Assembly: GCA_964019335.1 (NCBI GenBank)
Contig: OZ025749.1
Span: forward strand, 253,042 to 317,041
DNA: 64,000 nt
Reading direction: 5' to 3'
Source: Diplonema japonicum
Lineage: Eukaryota; Protista; Euglenozoa: Diplonemea
Shown piece by piece: positions 24,070 through 37,877 of the stretch. The notes under the pieces are model-generated. The model was not told where the DNA came from and made no database searches. It worked only from the letters and a program-made list of their open reading frames with translations. The position numbers and the translations under genes were made by a program. Within the stretch, counting starts at the first letter, position 1. Each line of letters opens with the position of its first letter.

Positions 24070-25669
24070 ATGGTTGGAGGACAGGAAGGCAGCTGTAGCG
24101 AGAGTGAGCGGTCAACCACTCCGAAGGGAGGCCAGCCTGACTTGCACGCCCACAGCATGGTGCCCCCTACCGCAGCTGCTGGTGCTGATCAGACGAAGAC
24201 CGGCACACACCTAGGGAGGAGAAAATGGGGCAACACCACCAGCACACGGCAAGAAGACGCACAATCACCCGCCATGCCAGACAAGTTCGTGAACAAAGAC
24301 CAGAAGCCTTCTACAACTGCACCGTCTTCCTTCAATAAAGTGTGTTACCAGTACCTTCAGTCCAGCAAGTGCTCTAGGGGCTTGAAATGCCGGTTTTCTC
24401 ACTCTGCCAACGGGGTAGGGGCACCAGGCGGGGGTCTTGGGGGGAAGAACCACAACCACTACCAGAAGCCTGTCACTACAATGCCCACGTCTCCACCTCC
24501 TACAGCGGCGCACCCCATTGGTCAGGGGAAGGGATTCACATCCCGGGCACCTCAGCAGTCCCAGCAGCCACAACAACCTCAGCAGCAACAGCAGCAGCAG
24601 CCTCAGAACTTTCAGTCACAGGCCTCCCAGCAGCAGTACCAGGGGCAGCAGTACCAGCAACAGCAGCAGCAACAGCAACAGCAGCAACAACAGCCGTTTC
24701 AACAGCCACAACATCAGCAGCCTCAGCAGCCGCAGCAACAGCCACAACAGCAGCAGCAACAGCAGCAGCCACAACAACAGCAGCAGCCACAGCAGCAGCA
24801 ACCGCAGCAGCAACCACAGCAGCAGCAGGGGCAAGGGCAGGGGCAGGGGCAAGGGCAACAGCCTGTCACAGTGATGCTCATTCAGCCAGGTCCAGGTCAG
24901 CCCCCGCCCCCCCCTGGCACGGCCTATGCCATCCCTGTCAAGATGGTCAGCAGTGGTGTTGACGCGAAGTATGTTTACTCATCACAAACAACACGCCACA
25001 GCGGCCAACCAGTGCAGAAGTTCGCTGTTATCCAGCAGCAAGCGTCGAGGCAGTCGCAGCAGTTCGTTGTCAAGAACAACAGCAACAGCAACAGTGGCAG
25101 CAGCAGTGGCAACAACAGCAACAGCAACAGCAACAACCAGACGTTCGCCCAGCGCCAACAGCATCATCAACATCAACATCAACATCAACATCAACATCAG
25201 CATCAACATCAGCATCAGCACCAACATCAACATCAACACCAACACCAGCAACATCAGCACCAACAAGGCGGTCACTATCACAACCAGCAGTACCAAAAGA
25301 TGGGGTACGACAGGCAAGAGATGCAAAACCAAGAGATGGGCAACATGTACCAAGGGCAGCATCAACACCATCAGCACCAACACCAGCACCATCATCAACA
25401 CCATCAACATCAGCACCAGCACCAGCACCAGCATCAGCAACACCAGTACCAGCAGCAACAGCAGGAGGCCAAGCAGTTTGGCAGCCCTGCTGGCGACTAC
25501 AACTACGACATGCAGGTATGCCCAAGGGGACAACGTAACTGACCCAGACTGTTGAGGCCATCGATCATGCTGTGCCGCACGAACACGAGATCAGCGTGCT
25601 GGAGGTGGCGAGGAAGCTACAGTGGCCAGACAACAAACAGAACGAAATCCGTATGAGCCGCTCTCTTAT

Positions 25670-25712
<43 letters not shown>

Positions 25713-26749
25713 CCACCCACCCACCCACAGTGGACTATGTTTCGGCATACCTGCAGCACGAGATCGCACTTTTCAAAACACACGACGACACACTGGTATG
25801 AATATAAAATCTGAAAGCGGGAAAAAAAAAAAAAAAAAAAAAAAAATAGATGCTGTGCCGGCATGGTGTGATGCGGGGGATGGGGGTAGACAGATCGAAG
25901 TGGCAGGACAGCAAGTCGGAGTACGCACAGTGGGGGTACGATGACGCCAGGCAGCAGCACCAGCAAGGGCAACAGGCGGCCGAGCAGCCGCAGGACGCCC
26001 TGCCACAGGGGGAGAAGACATGTTGCCTGCAGCACGGAGACATGGCCAGCCAGGATGAGGGCTTCAAGAGTTTCATTTTGCAGGTGAAGACAGTGTACTT
26101 GAAGGGGGGCGTTCCCTACAGAAAGATGGAGGTGATACCGAAGCTGGTCGCCAGGACCGCGGGGCTTGAGACGATTCTGGCAAACCAGGTCCCACCAGGC
26201 AGCTCGGGAGTGCCTCTCAACATCAAGCTCGACAGAATCTGCCATGACCACACCAACAGGCAGTGTGCTCACGGCCCGCAGTGCCATTATGTGCATATTT
26301 GCAGAAAGTATCCCTTCCCCCTCAAAAGAAAAAAAGATAAATCCACAGAATTATGAACACACTGGTGCTGCCTGAAGCAAAGCGAGAGGACCCGCCTCAG
26401 CAGCAGCAACAACAACAAGGTGGCTTTGCCTCGCGGGTGTCCTCTGCGCGGGAAGAGAGCTCGGAGAGTGGACTTTGGTATGTTGAGGGAGAGGGAGAGG
26501 GAGGGAGGGAATACTTTCAACAGGAGGCCTCCAGCAAGCTCACAGGGAAATCAGTGGCGCGGAAGCGGCGGTGGGGAGTTTTATCCAGAGGAGCAGGTAT
26601 TTTTTTCTCGAAAAGCTAGTTCTCTAAAAAAATATTTACAGGCTTATTCGGGTTCAGAGCAGCAGAGTGGGCAGGGAGGTCAGAGTAGCAGTGAGTGGCA
26701 TCTTCTGCCAACAGATGTTCAGCAGTCTTTGAGCATGAGCACTTGGTAG
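24070..26749 (+). CDS. CCCH zinc-finger RNA-binding protein with Q/H-rich low-complexity region, 7 exons
   Basis: CYQYLQSSKCSRGLKCRFSH and CHDHTNRQCAHGPQCHYVH; six GT-AG introns join one frame ending ...SMSTW*. Confidence 0.8.
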
Positions 26750-27054
26750 AATTGCTCTTTTTTTTTTTTTCTCTTTTTTCTTTTTTTTTTTTCCTTTCTT
26801 TCTTCCGTGGGTCTAAGAAAAAATCAGTTTATTTTTAGGGTGGTGGAAAAAAAAAGGGGGGGGGGGACAAATAGTTTATGGGGGATAAAAACAAAAAGGG
26901 GGGGAGGACTAGAAAAAAAAATAGTGAATGCTGTAAAAAAAAAAAAAAAAAAAAAAAGCGGGATGGATGGTTTTCCTTTTTCTTTTGGTGGGTTTTTTAT
27001 TGACGATTCTTTTATAGAAATGAATTTCAAGGGATAGGGTGGGGGTGAACTAAA

Positions 27055-27098
<44 letters not shown>

Positions 27099-27619
27099 CC
27101 TGTATATTCATGTGTGTGGGTGTTCTCTTTTTTTTTTTCCCCATATTTATTTCGTTTCTTTCATCCGTGAGCAGTTAAAAAAAAAAAGAAAAAGAAAAAA
27201 AGTTTTTTTTTTGTGTCACCCGCATACGTTACGGATGATTTTTCTTTCTTTTTTTTTTCTTCTTCAGAATTCACACCACCTTCATCATTTACTTACTTTT
27301 ATAACTTTGCACTGAATTTTTATTTTTGGGAAAATTTCTAATAGGGTCAAATGTAAGCCTTGACTTAATGCCTTTCAAGGACTAATCTGACTCTCTATTT
27401 AGAAATTAGCCCATATATTCTCTTCTCTAGTTCCCTTTCTTTAAAAACGAAAAAGGGAAATGGGGGGGGGGGGGGGGGTAGGACCACCACCATTTCACTG
27501 CCTGTGGCATTGCTTTCTATTTCTTTTAATTCTCTCCTCCCCCTTGTTCTTTACAAAAAGAAAAAGGAGAAAAGAAAAAAAAAAATCCCCATTAGCTGTC
27601 CGACATTCATCACTTCCGA

Positions 27620-27655
<36 letters not shown>

Positions 27656-28320
27656 CTTGTGCTTCATCAAGGTGTCTGTTGGACTATGATATGGGTGCAG
27701 TTTTCAAATATTTTTTTAGGGAACTTTTTTTTTTTTACTCGTGCGAAACACAAACAGCATACTTAATTTTTTTTTTTTTTTTTTTTTGGCGATCATATAG
27801 AAGAAACAAGATTAGAAGGTGTTTTATACTTTGTACGAGGTATCAGATCTGGTCAAAGAGGGAGAAAAAAAAGGGGCGAGGTCCAGCTTTGTGAGCAGGC
27901 AACTAAGGGGGGGAAAAAAAAAAGGTTTCTTGAGGCAAGATTTTTTTTTTCCCCCCTTGTGTTTTTATTTTTATTTTTTTCCGAAAATCTTTTATATCCC
28001 CCACTATTTTCTCTCCTTCCATGTCCCCTCCTTCCCCCCTTTCCCCTTCCAATACCACATTCACCAAAAAAAAAAAAAAAAAAAAAGGGAGTGATGAAAA
28101 AAAAAAAAAAAAAAAAAAAAAAAAACAATATACAACGCTTTTAAATCTGAAAAAAAAAAAAAAAAACATAGTTTCTTTTTTTTTTTTTCTATATTTTATT
28201 TCTCTTTTTTTCCCATCATCTTTTCCATCACACTTCACAAAAAAAAAAAAAAAAAAACTTTTCCAAAAAAAAACAAAGGAGGGGCTTGTGTGCGCGCAGG
28301 GTGTGCGCACATTTCACCAC

Positions 28321-29880
28321 ATGGTCGGTGCAAATAAGGTAAGACAAGATCCAGACATAAGCCTTGTTCTACAATGGCTGGACAAGGTCGGCCTAAGCGA
28401 ATACAAGCAAGCGTTTCAACGAGCCGGGATCGGGATGAGAAGGCTTGCAGGCCTCACGATACAAGACTACTACGCGGTAGGTGTGGACGGCCTGTACGAG
28501 CGAAGAAAGCTATTCGAACTGGTCCAAATGGTTAAAAGAGAAGGCTCATGCGTCCGCCCGCCTCCAGACCACCACCCACCACCCACCACAACACCAGCGA
28601 ACACCACCAAAGCTTTAACAGTATGCGTGAGGAAACGCCCTCTCTTGAGGACAGAACAGGACACAGACATCATAACCGTGACAGGGCAACACACTTTAGT
28701 CCTATCAGAACACAAGCTAAAAGTGGATCTCACCAGTTACACGGAAGATCATCATTTCTACTTCGATGCGGTAATCCCCGACCCGGCATCCAACTATGAT
28801 GTTTACCTGGAGACCGCAGCACCGCTCGTTCCTACTGTTTTCACAGGGTCGCACTCTACATGTTTTGCTTACGGGCAAACGGGAAGCGGGAAGACCCACA
28901 CCATGCTCGGGTCGGGTTCGGAGCCTGGTATCTATTCACTCGCTGCTAGGGAGGTCTTCGCCCGGCTTCCCGACGCGCATTTCGTAACATGTCAGCAGTA
29001 CGAAATATACGGTGGGAAGGTTTTCGATCTCACGAACGAACGAAAGCTGCTACACGTCCGAGAGGACCGGAAAGGGAACATGAACGTGTGCGGGCTGCTT
29101 GAAGTCTCCTGCCGTACTGTCACCGATCTCATGCGTACTGTGCACCGTGCGTCAGAGCTCCGAGCCCTCGGCGCAACCTCGATGAACCAAACCTCATCAC
29201 GATCCCATGCTGTTCTCAGCATAAACGTGAAGAATCAAACCGGTAACATGGTAGGGAGCTTGTCCTTCATCGACCTTGCGGGATCGGAACGCGGTGCAGA
29301 CACTTCTGGAAGCTCGCGGGCTACACGGATGGAAGGTGCTGCCATCAACCAGTCGTTGCTCGCTTTAAAAGAATGCATCCGGGCCATGAACCATCGACAG
29401 AAACACGTTCCTTTCAGAGGTTCAAAGCTCACAGCAGTGCTTCGGCATGCTTTCACAGGCGATTCTCGAACATGCATGATAGCGTGTATCGCACCCGGGA
29501 AGGGAGCTGCCGAGCATTCCCTGAACACTCTTCGGTACACGGACAGGGTGAAGGAGCTCAAGAAGCCCCCGCAGCAAGCACTTCCAGCGGCGCACCACGA
29601 GGACCTCATCAACACCATCCTCGAGGAGGAAGAAGCCGTCATCGCCGATCACCGGCAGCACATCGACGAGGTGATGGACTTAGTTAAGCTTGAAATGGCG
29701 GAGCTCTCCCGTGTCGATCGGCCCGGAAGCAGTATTGATGAGTACATAAGAAAAGTCGATGGTGTGCTGAGGGAGATGCACCTGAAGGTCACCACGCTCC
29801 GAGGCAAGCTTGGCACGTTCAAAGCTCACCTCGAAGAGGAGGAGAAGCTTTCTCGCGTGGTGGGTTCTCAGCGGGCGTAG
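28321..29880 (+). CDS. Kinesin-13 with N-terminal SAM-like domain
   Basis: VCVRKRPL, KLKVDL loop, FIDLAGSERGADT, INQSLLALKECIRA, HVPFRGSKLT. Confidence 0.93.
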   Translation: MVGANKVRQDPDISLVLQWLDKVGLSEYKQAFQRAGIGMRRLAGLTIQDYYAVGVDGLYERRKLFELVQMVKREGSCVRPPPDHHPPPTTTPANTTKALTVCVRKRPLLRTEQDTDIITVTGQHTLVLSEHKLKVDLTSYTEDHHFYFDAVIPDPASNYDVYLETAAPLVPTVFTGSHSTCFAYGQTGSGKTHTMLGSGSEPGIYSLAAREVFARLPDAHFVTCQQYEIYGGKVFDLTNERKLLHVREDRKGNMNVCGLLEVSCRTVTDLMRTVHRASELRALGATSMNQTSSRSHAVLSINVKNQTGNMVGSLSFIDLAGSERGADTSGSSRATRMEGAAINQSLLALKECIRAMNHRQKHVPFRGSKLTAVLRHAFTGDSRTCMIACIAPGKGAAEHSLNTLRYTDRVKELKKPPQQALPAAHHEDLINTILEEEEAVIADHRQHIDEVMDLVKLEMAELSRVDRPGSSIDEYIRKVDGVLREMHLKVTTLRGKLGTFKAHLEEEEKLSRVVGSQRA

Positions 29881-30053
29881 GAGGGGGGAAAAAAAAAGTA
29901 TTTTTTTTGATACATAACTGTGACATATCTGTTCCCCCCCCCCCCCCCCCCCTTCCTCCTGTGCAGAAGTAGGCACCCACACCCTGTATTCACCCTAACC
30001 ATACTCGCATAGCTGTGGCCGTTTTTTTTAAATATTTTTTTTTTTATTTTTAA

Positions 30054-31294
30054 CCACTAAAGGACCATGAGGACATATGTGTCCTTAAGAAAAATTATCT
30101 TTTCTATGTGACACTTTTTGTGCCACACAGCCCCTGGACTTTACTAAGACCCATTGTTCCGCGATTTTTTTTTATTTGAAATACCCTTTTGCGCGAAGAA
30201 CAAACACAAAAACCTGTCCCCAAGTCCTTTTGTACTTATTATTTGAGAGCAGCTTCTCAGGACCTTCTGAAGTGCTTCTTCCAACTCCAGCACCACCTCA
30301 GATGAGGGTGGTGTGGGGGACAAATATCAACCGTATACCGGCCAGGAAGTGACATGGGTACAGGGGTCCAGCAACATCGAACAGCAACATGGATAGGCTA
30401 CAACTTTTCAGTTTGTTTATCACAAACAGCTTGCTGAGGTCCATTATCAGCTGTTCAAAGGTGTATGCCACATCCAAGGGCACCACATTCGACGCGGACG
30501 TGGCACAACTGAACAGTATCGCCGTCTGGGTTCTGCCCGCCTTGATGGACGAAGTCTGCGGCGGGCGTCAAGGACTACTGTCTACAAAGGAAGAGATTGC
30601 AACGCCTTACATAGGCTGTGTCCTGGGCCGCGCCACATTTCTCCATATCTTCTTGTTGTGTCCACTTTGGCTCACAGGGCAACGGGACACTATCAAAAGT
30701 GGAGATGCTGCATTCCCGGACTCCCCAGCTGGAAAGCTGCATACCACCCCCGGTCAAGGGCTGAGCATTGATTCGCTCCTTCTCCTGCCTTAAGCACAGC
30801 GTTTTTCAACCAGCTAAACGCAAGCGCTATGGCTTTAAGGTGTACACCGTCGCATTCATGCACGGGGTGCGCTTAACATTAGAATTTACCCTGGTGGGGA
30901 CCCAAAGGACACGGTACCATGTCTTCTGCGACAGTTCGAGCATCGTGGTCACTGGGTTGCGATGGATAATCTTTATTCTAATTACCAGTTCTTCTGCTCT
31001 CTTTTGAGTACGGGTATGCATGCGATCGGTGGTTCAGCGCAACAGAAAAATACAACCCCGTGGGCACGGTTCAACTCCGGAAGACGACAGTGGGCAGAAA
31101 AACGAAAAAGGAGGCCAACAAACAAATCTCACGCCATGACAGAGTCATGCGGCAGAGTTCGGACAGCATCCGGTTCCTCTTGTGGCACGGCCGTACTAAA
31201 CCCGTGTTAACCTTTCGGTTTTGCCTATAATTTTGCCTTTAATTCTTCGACTTTGCCTATAGTATGAAATTCACCTCAAGGCTGTGCCAAAAAT

Positions 31295-31331
<37 letters not shown>

Positions 31332-31808
31332 AATTTTACACCTGCAAAACGTGCAATGTTGCCCTGTGCCCTGAGTGCTTTGAGGTTTTTCATACAAAAA
31401 ATGACTACCCTGACGTGATAAAATACCGACAATTCTGGGGACGCTTGAAAAAAAATCCTCAAGGGCTCCAGCGTCCGCCAGGACCCAATGTTGGAAGAAA
31501 ATCGACAATTGTAGAAGAAGAAAAAAGTGAGGGAGGTTGTCCTCCGCCCAAGCGCCCTCGAGTGGGTTGAGCAAAGTCGCTCGTGATGCTCAGTACTTTG
31601 TCGTATATTTCCTCTCCCGACCCCGTATGAACACTAAGTAAGCCCCCCTGCATGGAAAATAAACTGTTTTTTTTACCCCCTGGGTCACGTGCTTTTTAAA
31701 GGGTATAGTGTACTTTCCTATGGTTAAACTCTCGCATTTTTTTTTCCCGGGTTCATAAATAGACGGTCCTTGGCACTTTTTTCGCCAAAACCCCCGGTCC
31801 TTTAGTGG
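30054..31808 (+). mobile_element. Non-autonomous piggyBac element with perfect 13-bp TIRs and TTAA TSD
   Basis: TTAA|CCACTAAAGGACC ... GGTCCTTTAGTGG|TTAA; transposase remnants QPAKRKRYGFKVY and HWVAMDNLYS. Confidence 0.92.
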
Positions 31809-32356
31809 TTAATATTTCTTTGCAACGAAACGAGTCTTTGACTTGAACAGGGAAAAAAAAAAGGGAAAAAAAAAAAAAAGGACACGTACAAAGCAACAGC
31901 AGTTTGCTTTCTCTTTTTTATTTATTATTATGATTTATACACTAGCCAACCCGGTTTTCTCTTTGTTTGTCTCGGGGAGTTAAAGTAGTTTACCCGATTG
32001 GGAGGGGGGGGGTCCTTTTTTTTCCAGGAAAAGGTTTTTAACCCCCCCTCTGTTCTCCCTTTTCTATCTATCTCCTTGTTTTAATAGTCGATGTTTTTTT
32101 TTTTTAAGTCTTGCTTTATACCTACGAAAATATTTTACTCCTCTACACTTCTTGTGCTACTTGCTTCCCCCTCCCCTCCCCCCCGCATCTTATTTCTTTC
32201 CCCCCTGATCTGTACCGTACCTTGCGTAAAGCGTTCTCTTCAGCAATTATCTGTTCTAATCGTCGGAAGTAGACCTGTACTTCCTCCTGGTTGTTCCATA
32301 TTAAGAAAAAAAAAAGAAGAAAAAAAGAAAGACAATGCAAAAAATAAAACAAACAA

Positions 32357-35300
32357 ATGAGCGAGAATAGTAGTTTCGACAGCTGGGCGGCGGGGGAGTA
32401 CAGCGATGGGGGCAATTCGGAGTTGGTCTACGGGAACAAGCACGAGCGAGATAGAGTGGCCTTGGAACACAGGTCGTGCTTCATGTTCCCTAAGGTGGAC
32501 GGGGAGGCCTTCAGCCTGCGGAGGATAGTCTTTGATCTGACACACCACCGTGTCTTTGAGGTGGTGGTGGTCATCCTCATCGTCGCCAACTGTGTGTTCT
32601 TGGCTATTGACGACCCGGTGACACCGCAAAACGAAAAACCGGCATACTTACAGCAAATGGAATATTTCTTCACAGCGTGCTTTGCGGTCGAGCTTCTCCT
32701 CAAAGTGTTTTCACAAGGGTTTGTATTACACCCCGGGTCGTACCTGCGGACTGGGTGGAACCGGCTCGACTTCGTCATTGTGACGTTTTCATTTCTCTCA
32801 TTCATCCCTTCTGTGGGGAACTACACTGCGTTGCGAACGCTCCGTGTGCTCCGTCCCTTACGGTCTATCAATGGTATCCAAGGGCTGCGAAACATCGTGA
32901 ACGGTCTGTTGCATTCCCTTCGCAAGCTTGTCAACGTTCTCGCACTTGCCGCCTTCATCTTCTCGATATTCGGTATCCTCGGGGTGCAGTTGTGGGCGGG
33001 GAAGTTCACCTACCGATGCCAGAAAATCGATACAAACACGACATGCACGCCGTCTGGGGAGGTTTCCATGTGTTGCCTTCCCGACATGTCATGCTGTTTC
33101 GACCCCATGCTGACTGCTATTGAACCGATGGTACCCGATTCAAACTTAAGCTGTTTGTCCACCGAGGGCAACCCTTGTGGCTGCCGTGTCAAGGGTACCA
33201 TGGGGAACGCGAGCCTTGTTCTGTGGGAAGATTTCTGCAACCCCTCCGCGTCGGAGTTTTTCTTCATGGGTGAAATGTTCGGCCGTGGGTGCGAAGCGTC
33301 GCAGGAGTGCGTCGACACAGGTGTCAATCCAAACTTCGGGTTCACCAACTTCGATCACTTCGGCTACGCGGTGCTCGTTGTGTTTCAATGTCTCACCCTC
33401 GAAGGATGGACAGACATCATGTATATTGTCCAGGACGTGAGCAGCGACCTGGGGTGTATTTATTTCATCATGCTCGTGGTGCTTGGTTCTTACTTCGTAT
33501 TAAACCTCGCACTTGCGGTCATCAACGAGGAGTTCGACAAGATAGGCAGGGAGGAGGAGGAGATGCAGGAACGGAAACTATTGAGAATCCAAAAAATGCA
33601 GGAGCAAGCTTTGCTGGAGATCTTCAAAGAAGAAATCGACAACGAGGTGTCGAAGCTTGGGTCACGTCCGGCTTCACGGCCCGTCACCCCGAACGCGATA
33701 TCGGGACAACTACGACGAATAAGCGAAAAAGAGAGGTGTGAGAAGGACAACAAAGATAGGGCGACGCTTGGGTCCGGCGACGAGGGAAACCTGTCAATAT
33801 TCGACTTGATGGAGAGCGCTGCTCCTTCGGTAGAGAAACAACCGGCTTGCTACGCGCAAATATGGTCCTCCGCGCGGTGGGGCTGCTGGAACATCGTACG
33901 GAACAGGTTTTTCACACCGACGATCATCTTTTTCATCGTAATCAACACGGCGCTGCTTGCGTCGGAACATCACAACCAACCTAAAACCCTGACCGTCATC
34001 CTCGAGAAGGCCAACATCGTCCTCATGGCCATCTTTTCCATAGAGATGGTTCTCAAGTTGATGGGGTCCGGCTTGAAAGGGTACCTCCGCGATCCCTTCA
34101 ACGTGCTGGACGGGTCCGTCGTCCTGCTCAGCATATTAGAGCTTGTTCTTCTCTCCAACAACACGGTGTCGGTGTTCCGGGCGTTGCGGCTTCTTCGCGT
34201 CTTCAAACTCCTCAAAAACTTCCCTCAACTGCGCGATCTTGTCGAAGTCATCCTTGCCGCCGTCTCCGACACAGGGTACCTCAACCTTATCATTCTGTTG
34301 TATATTTTCTGCGCTGCTCTCGTAGGCATGCAAATTTTCGGTGGAAAGTTCAACTTCGAACAGGAAGGCTGCGCGGAGCCACCTTGCGACAAGGTCAAGC
34401 CGCGTGCCACATTCGACTCGTTCTACTGGTCCGTCCTGACGGTTTTCCAGGTTTTGACACGAGACGACTGGGTCAACGTCATGTGGGATGCCATGCGCGC
34501 CACGCACCCTATTTGCACATTGTACTTCTTGGTGCTTGTCGTGTGCGGGGATTTTGTCATATTGAACCTGTTTCTTGCTATTCTGATCCAGTCGTTTGAC
34601 CAGAACATGCGGTCCGACTGCAACAAAGGGGACGACGACGAGGAGGTGGAGGAGGAGGAACCCCCGCCGCCTGTGTCGGAGAAGTCGTTTAGAGAGCGGC
34701 ACGGGTCGAACGGGTCGGTGATCTTAACGGTGCCGATCAGCTCGCAGAGGGTGGGCGGCAAGCGTGAGAGTTTCGTTGTGACTGAGATGATACGGACGGG
34801 GTCGGTCATTCGGTGTAAGAGCGAGTTGCTAGACAAGCGGGGGAGGAAAGGGTCCTTGGTGAACACTGGATCGCTCACGGGGAACCGTGCGCTAAGTGCC
34901 TGCCTCTCTCCAACTCTTGGAGCACGGAAGCGCAGCATCATGTCTGCGGGGATGAGCTCTCATAGATACTCCGCCTTCTCCGTCACACAACCGTCGACTC
35001 TCACCACTTCTGCAGTGCACAACCATGAAGCACTGTCACGAAGCAGCATTGTGTCACTTACATCAACGCCGTCTATAAAACCGCTCACCCCGAAGTCGCC
35101 AGGTCCCGCACTTCCCGGGCAGCCCATTGATGACAAAGCGTGCCTTCCTCGCAAGCATACCGAAACTCCTGAGAACCACCTCCGCCCATTTAACACAGTA
35201 GGCAACATCACACCGTGTTCTTCGATGGACGAGGACTGCTTCCTCCCACATGACGACTACGACATGTGCCACAAATGTAAAGAGCCCCAAGCGATGAAGG

Positions 35301-37842
35301 GGATCTCGCAGGAGGCTGAGACAACGCAGCTCAAAATACACGACAAGCTGTGTAAAAAGATCCAACTGAGGAAGCTGAGGCAGAAGCGGTTACTGTCGGT
35401 GATCGCTCAGGTGGAAAAGAAGGTGGCAAACGGAGCAGAATGGCAGGAAAAAGAAGTGGAACAAGTAATCTCCTTGGTGTGGGAGGTGGGCCTGTGGCAG
35501 GACAAGATGGCAACCGACTTCTACGAGGTGCTCACGTACATCAGGGTGACGGCGAGAGATTACGACACCTGGGGATTGGTATGGGTTCTTTGTTATTTTC
35601 CACCAACAATAAACCAACAGACACTGGCCCACCTGGAAATGACAGTAGAGAAAGGAAGCCCAGCGTACCAAGTCGGGTTGCGTGATGGTATACACGCCAC
35701 ACTAGGGAACCACAAGCAACCATAAACACAGGTAACATCTTAACGAAGGTGGGCGGTGAGGAGGTGGATTCCGACGCAGATGCAAAACAGAAAATCGTCT
35801 CGATGCTCGAATGCGAAGGGAGGGCCGATCTAGATGTCGTGAAGGAGAAAACCTGGGACGGCTTGCTTCAGGAGCTCCGTGAGCAGATGGGCGTCCTGTC
35901 TCTCGAGATAGGCGAGGGCGATAAAATATTCGGGGGTGCCTTCGTGGCATTCAGCTCCGGTAACCTCCCTAATGTCACCAGAACAAACGGAGGGAACTCT
36001 CTCTTCATCTTCGGGCCGGGGAATTGGTTCCGGTTGCTGTCGTACAAAATCGTGAAGGACCCGAACTTCGAAAAGATCATCCTCATGTGCATCCTGTGCT
36101 CGAGCATTCTCATGGTCGCGGAGAACCCGCGTAACGAGGCCACCGGCGACTGGGGTACAGCGCTGGTTGTGTCGAACTACATCTTCACAGGAACCTTCAT
36201 CTTGGAAATGCTTATGAAGATAATCGCGTTCGGGTTAATCCTCGGCAAGGGTACCCCGAACGACCCGCCGTACCTGAAGGACAAGTGGAACGTTTTGGAC
36301 GGAACCATCGTGTTTTTCGCGATCCTGTCGATCGCGTTGGTCGGGTACAATTTCTCTATTCTGAAGGTGCTCCGTGCGTTCCGTGCTCTGCGTCCTCTTC
36401 GGGTCATCTCGCGGAACAGAGGCTTGCGGATGGTGGTCATCACACTGCTGAGGTCCATCTCCTCAATCGGAAATGTCGCATTTGTCACGTTCATCGTCTT
36501 CCTCGTGTTCGGGATTCTCGGGGTTCAATTATTTGCAGGGAAATTGTACCGATGCACAGACCCGATGGTTATCAACCGTCTGGCGTGTAATGGGTACTTT
36601 GTTGATGAATCGGGCGATTTAAGCCGGCGGATCTGGCGGACGGACCACTTCGGGAACTTTGACAACATTTACAACTCCATCCTGACGCTGTTCGAGGTCG
36701 CCACGCTAGAGCTATGGACGACCATCATGTACCGAGCGATCGACGGGATCTCTTATGATAGAGCGCCAGAACGGGATTACAACCAAGCCACGGCGTTGTT
36801 CTTCATAGGGTTTGTCATCGTGGGGTCGTTTTTCATTCTTAACCTGTTCGTGGGTTTTGTAATATTCAATTTCGCGAAGGTCAAGGCGGAGGAGGACGGG
36901 TCCGGTGTGACGCACATTTCTCCGGAACAAAAACTGTGGATGGAGACACAGCAGATGATGTTGAACTTCAGGCCGATGGTCAAGATGGTGGTTGCCGGGA
37001 ACAGCCCGTGGCGGAGGAGGCTTCATTGTTTTTGCATTTCAAATACCTTCGAGATTTTTATCGGGGTCGCGATCTTGTTGAACGTGGTTGTAATGAGCCT
37101 TGAACACAACGGGATGTCCAAGGAGTGGGAATTCTCGTTGTGGTTGCTCAATATCTTCTTCATGATCGTGTTCCTCGTCGAGGCGGCCGCGAAGCTCCTC
37201 GCGTTCGGGTCGTCCTACTTAAAAGACCCGTGGAACCGCTTCGACTTCGCCTTGGTCATACTGTCTATAGTTCAGTTTCTTTTGTTCATGTTGTCGATGG
37301 GTATCCCTGTCAAGTCTTACATCCTACGTGTTGGTAGAGTTTTCCGAATTATGAGAATTGTTCGTTTGGTGAAGTCTGCGAAGGACGTCCGTATTCTTCT
37401 GGAGACCATTTGGTACTCCCTGCCGCACATTGCGAACATTGGTGCTTTTTTGTGTTTGTTGTTCTTCATATACTCTGTGTTGGGGGTCAAGCTGTTCGCG
37501 AAGGTGAAGCGCGGGCAGTACCTCACGAAACACGCGAACTTCGAGTCGTTCCCAAGGGCGCTCATGATGCTGATCCGCATGGCCACAGGGGAGAACTGGA
37601 ACGGTGTGATGCACGAGACCATGGTCACTTCACCTGACTGCAGCACCGAGCTGGACAACTGCGGTGAACCAGCCGCTCCTTTGTACTACCTGTCGTTTCT
37701 GCTGCTTGCGACATTCATTTTGACAAACTTGTTCGTCGCTATCATCCTCGACAACTTCCGGACGACAATTCTAATCGAGAAAAGTGATCTGAGAATGACC
37801 GATTTACACACGGTATAATATTTACATACGGGAAAAAAAAAA

Positions 37843-37877
<35 letters not shown>

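Noticed and set aside
29993-30000. CCCTAACC as telomerase RNA template
   Set aside because: Too short; no supporting structure.
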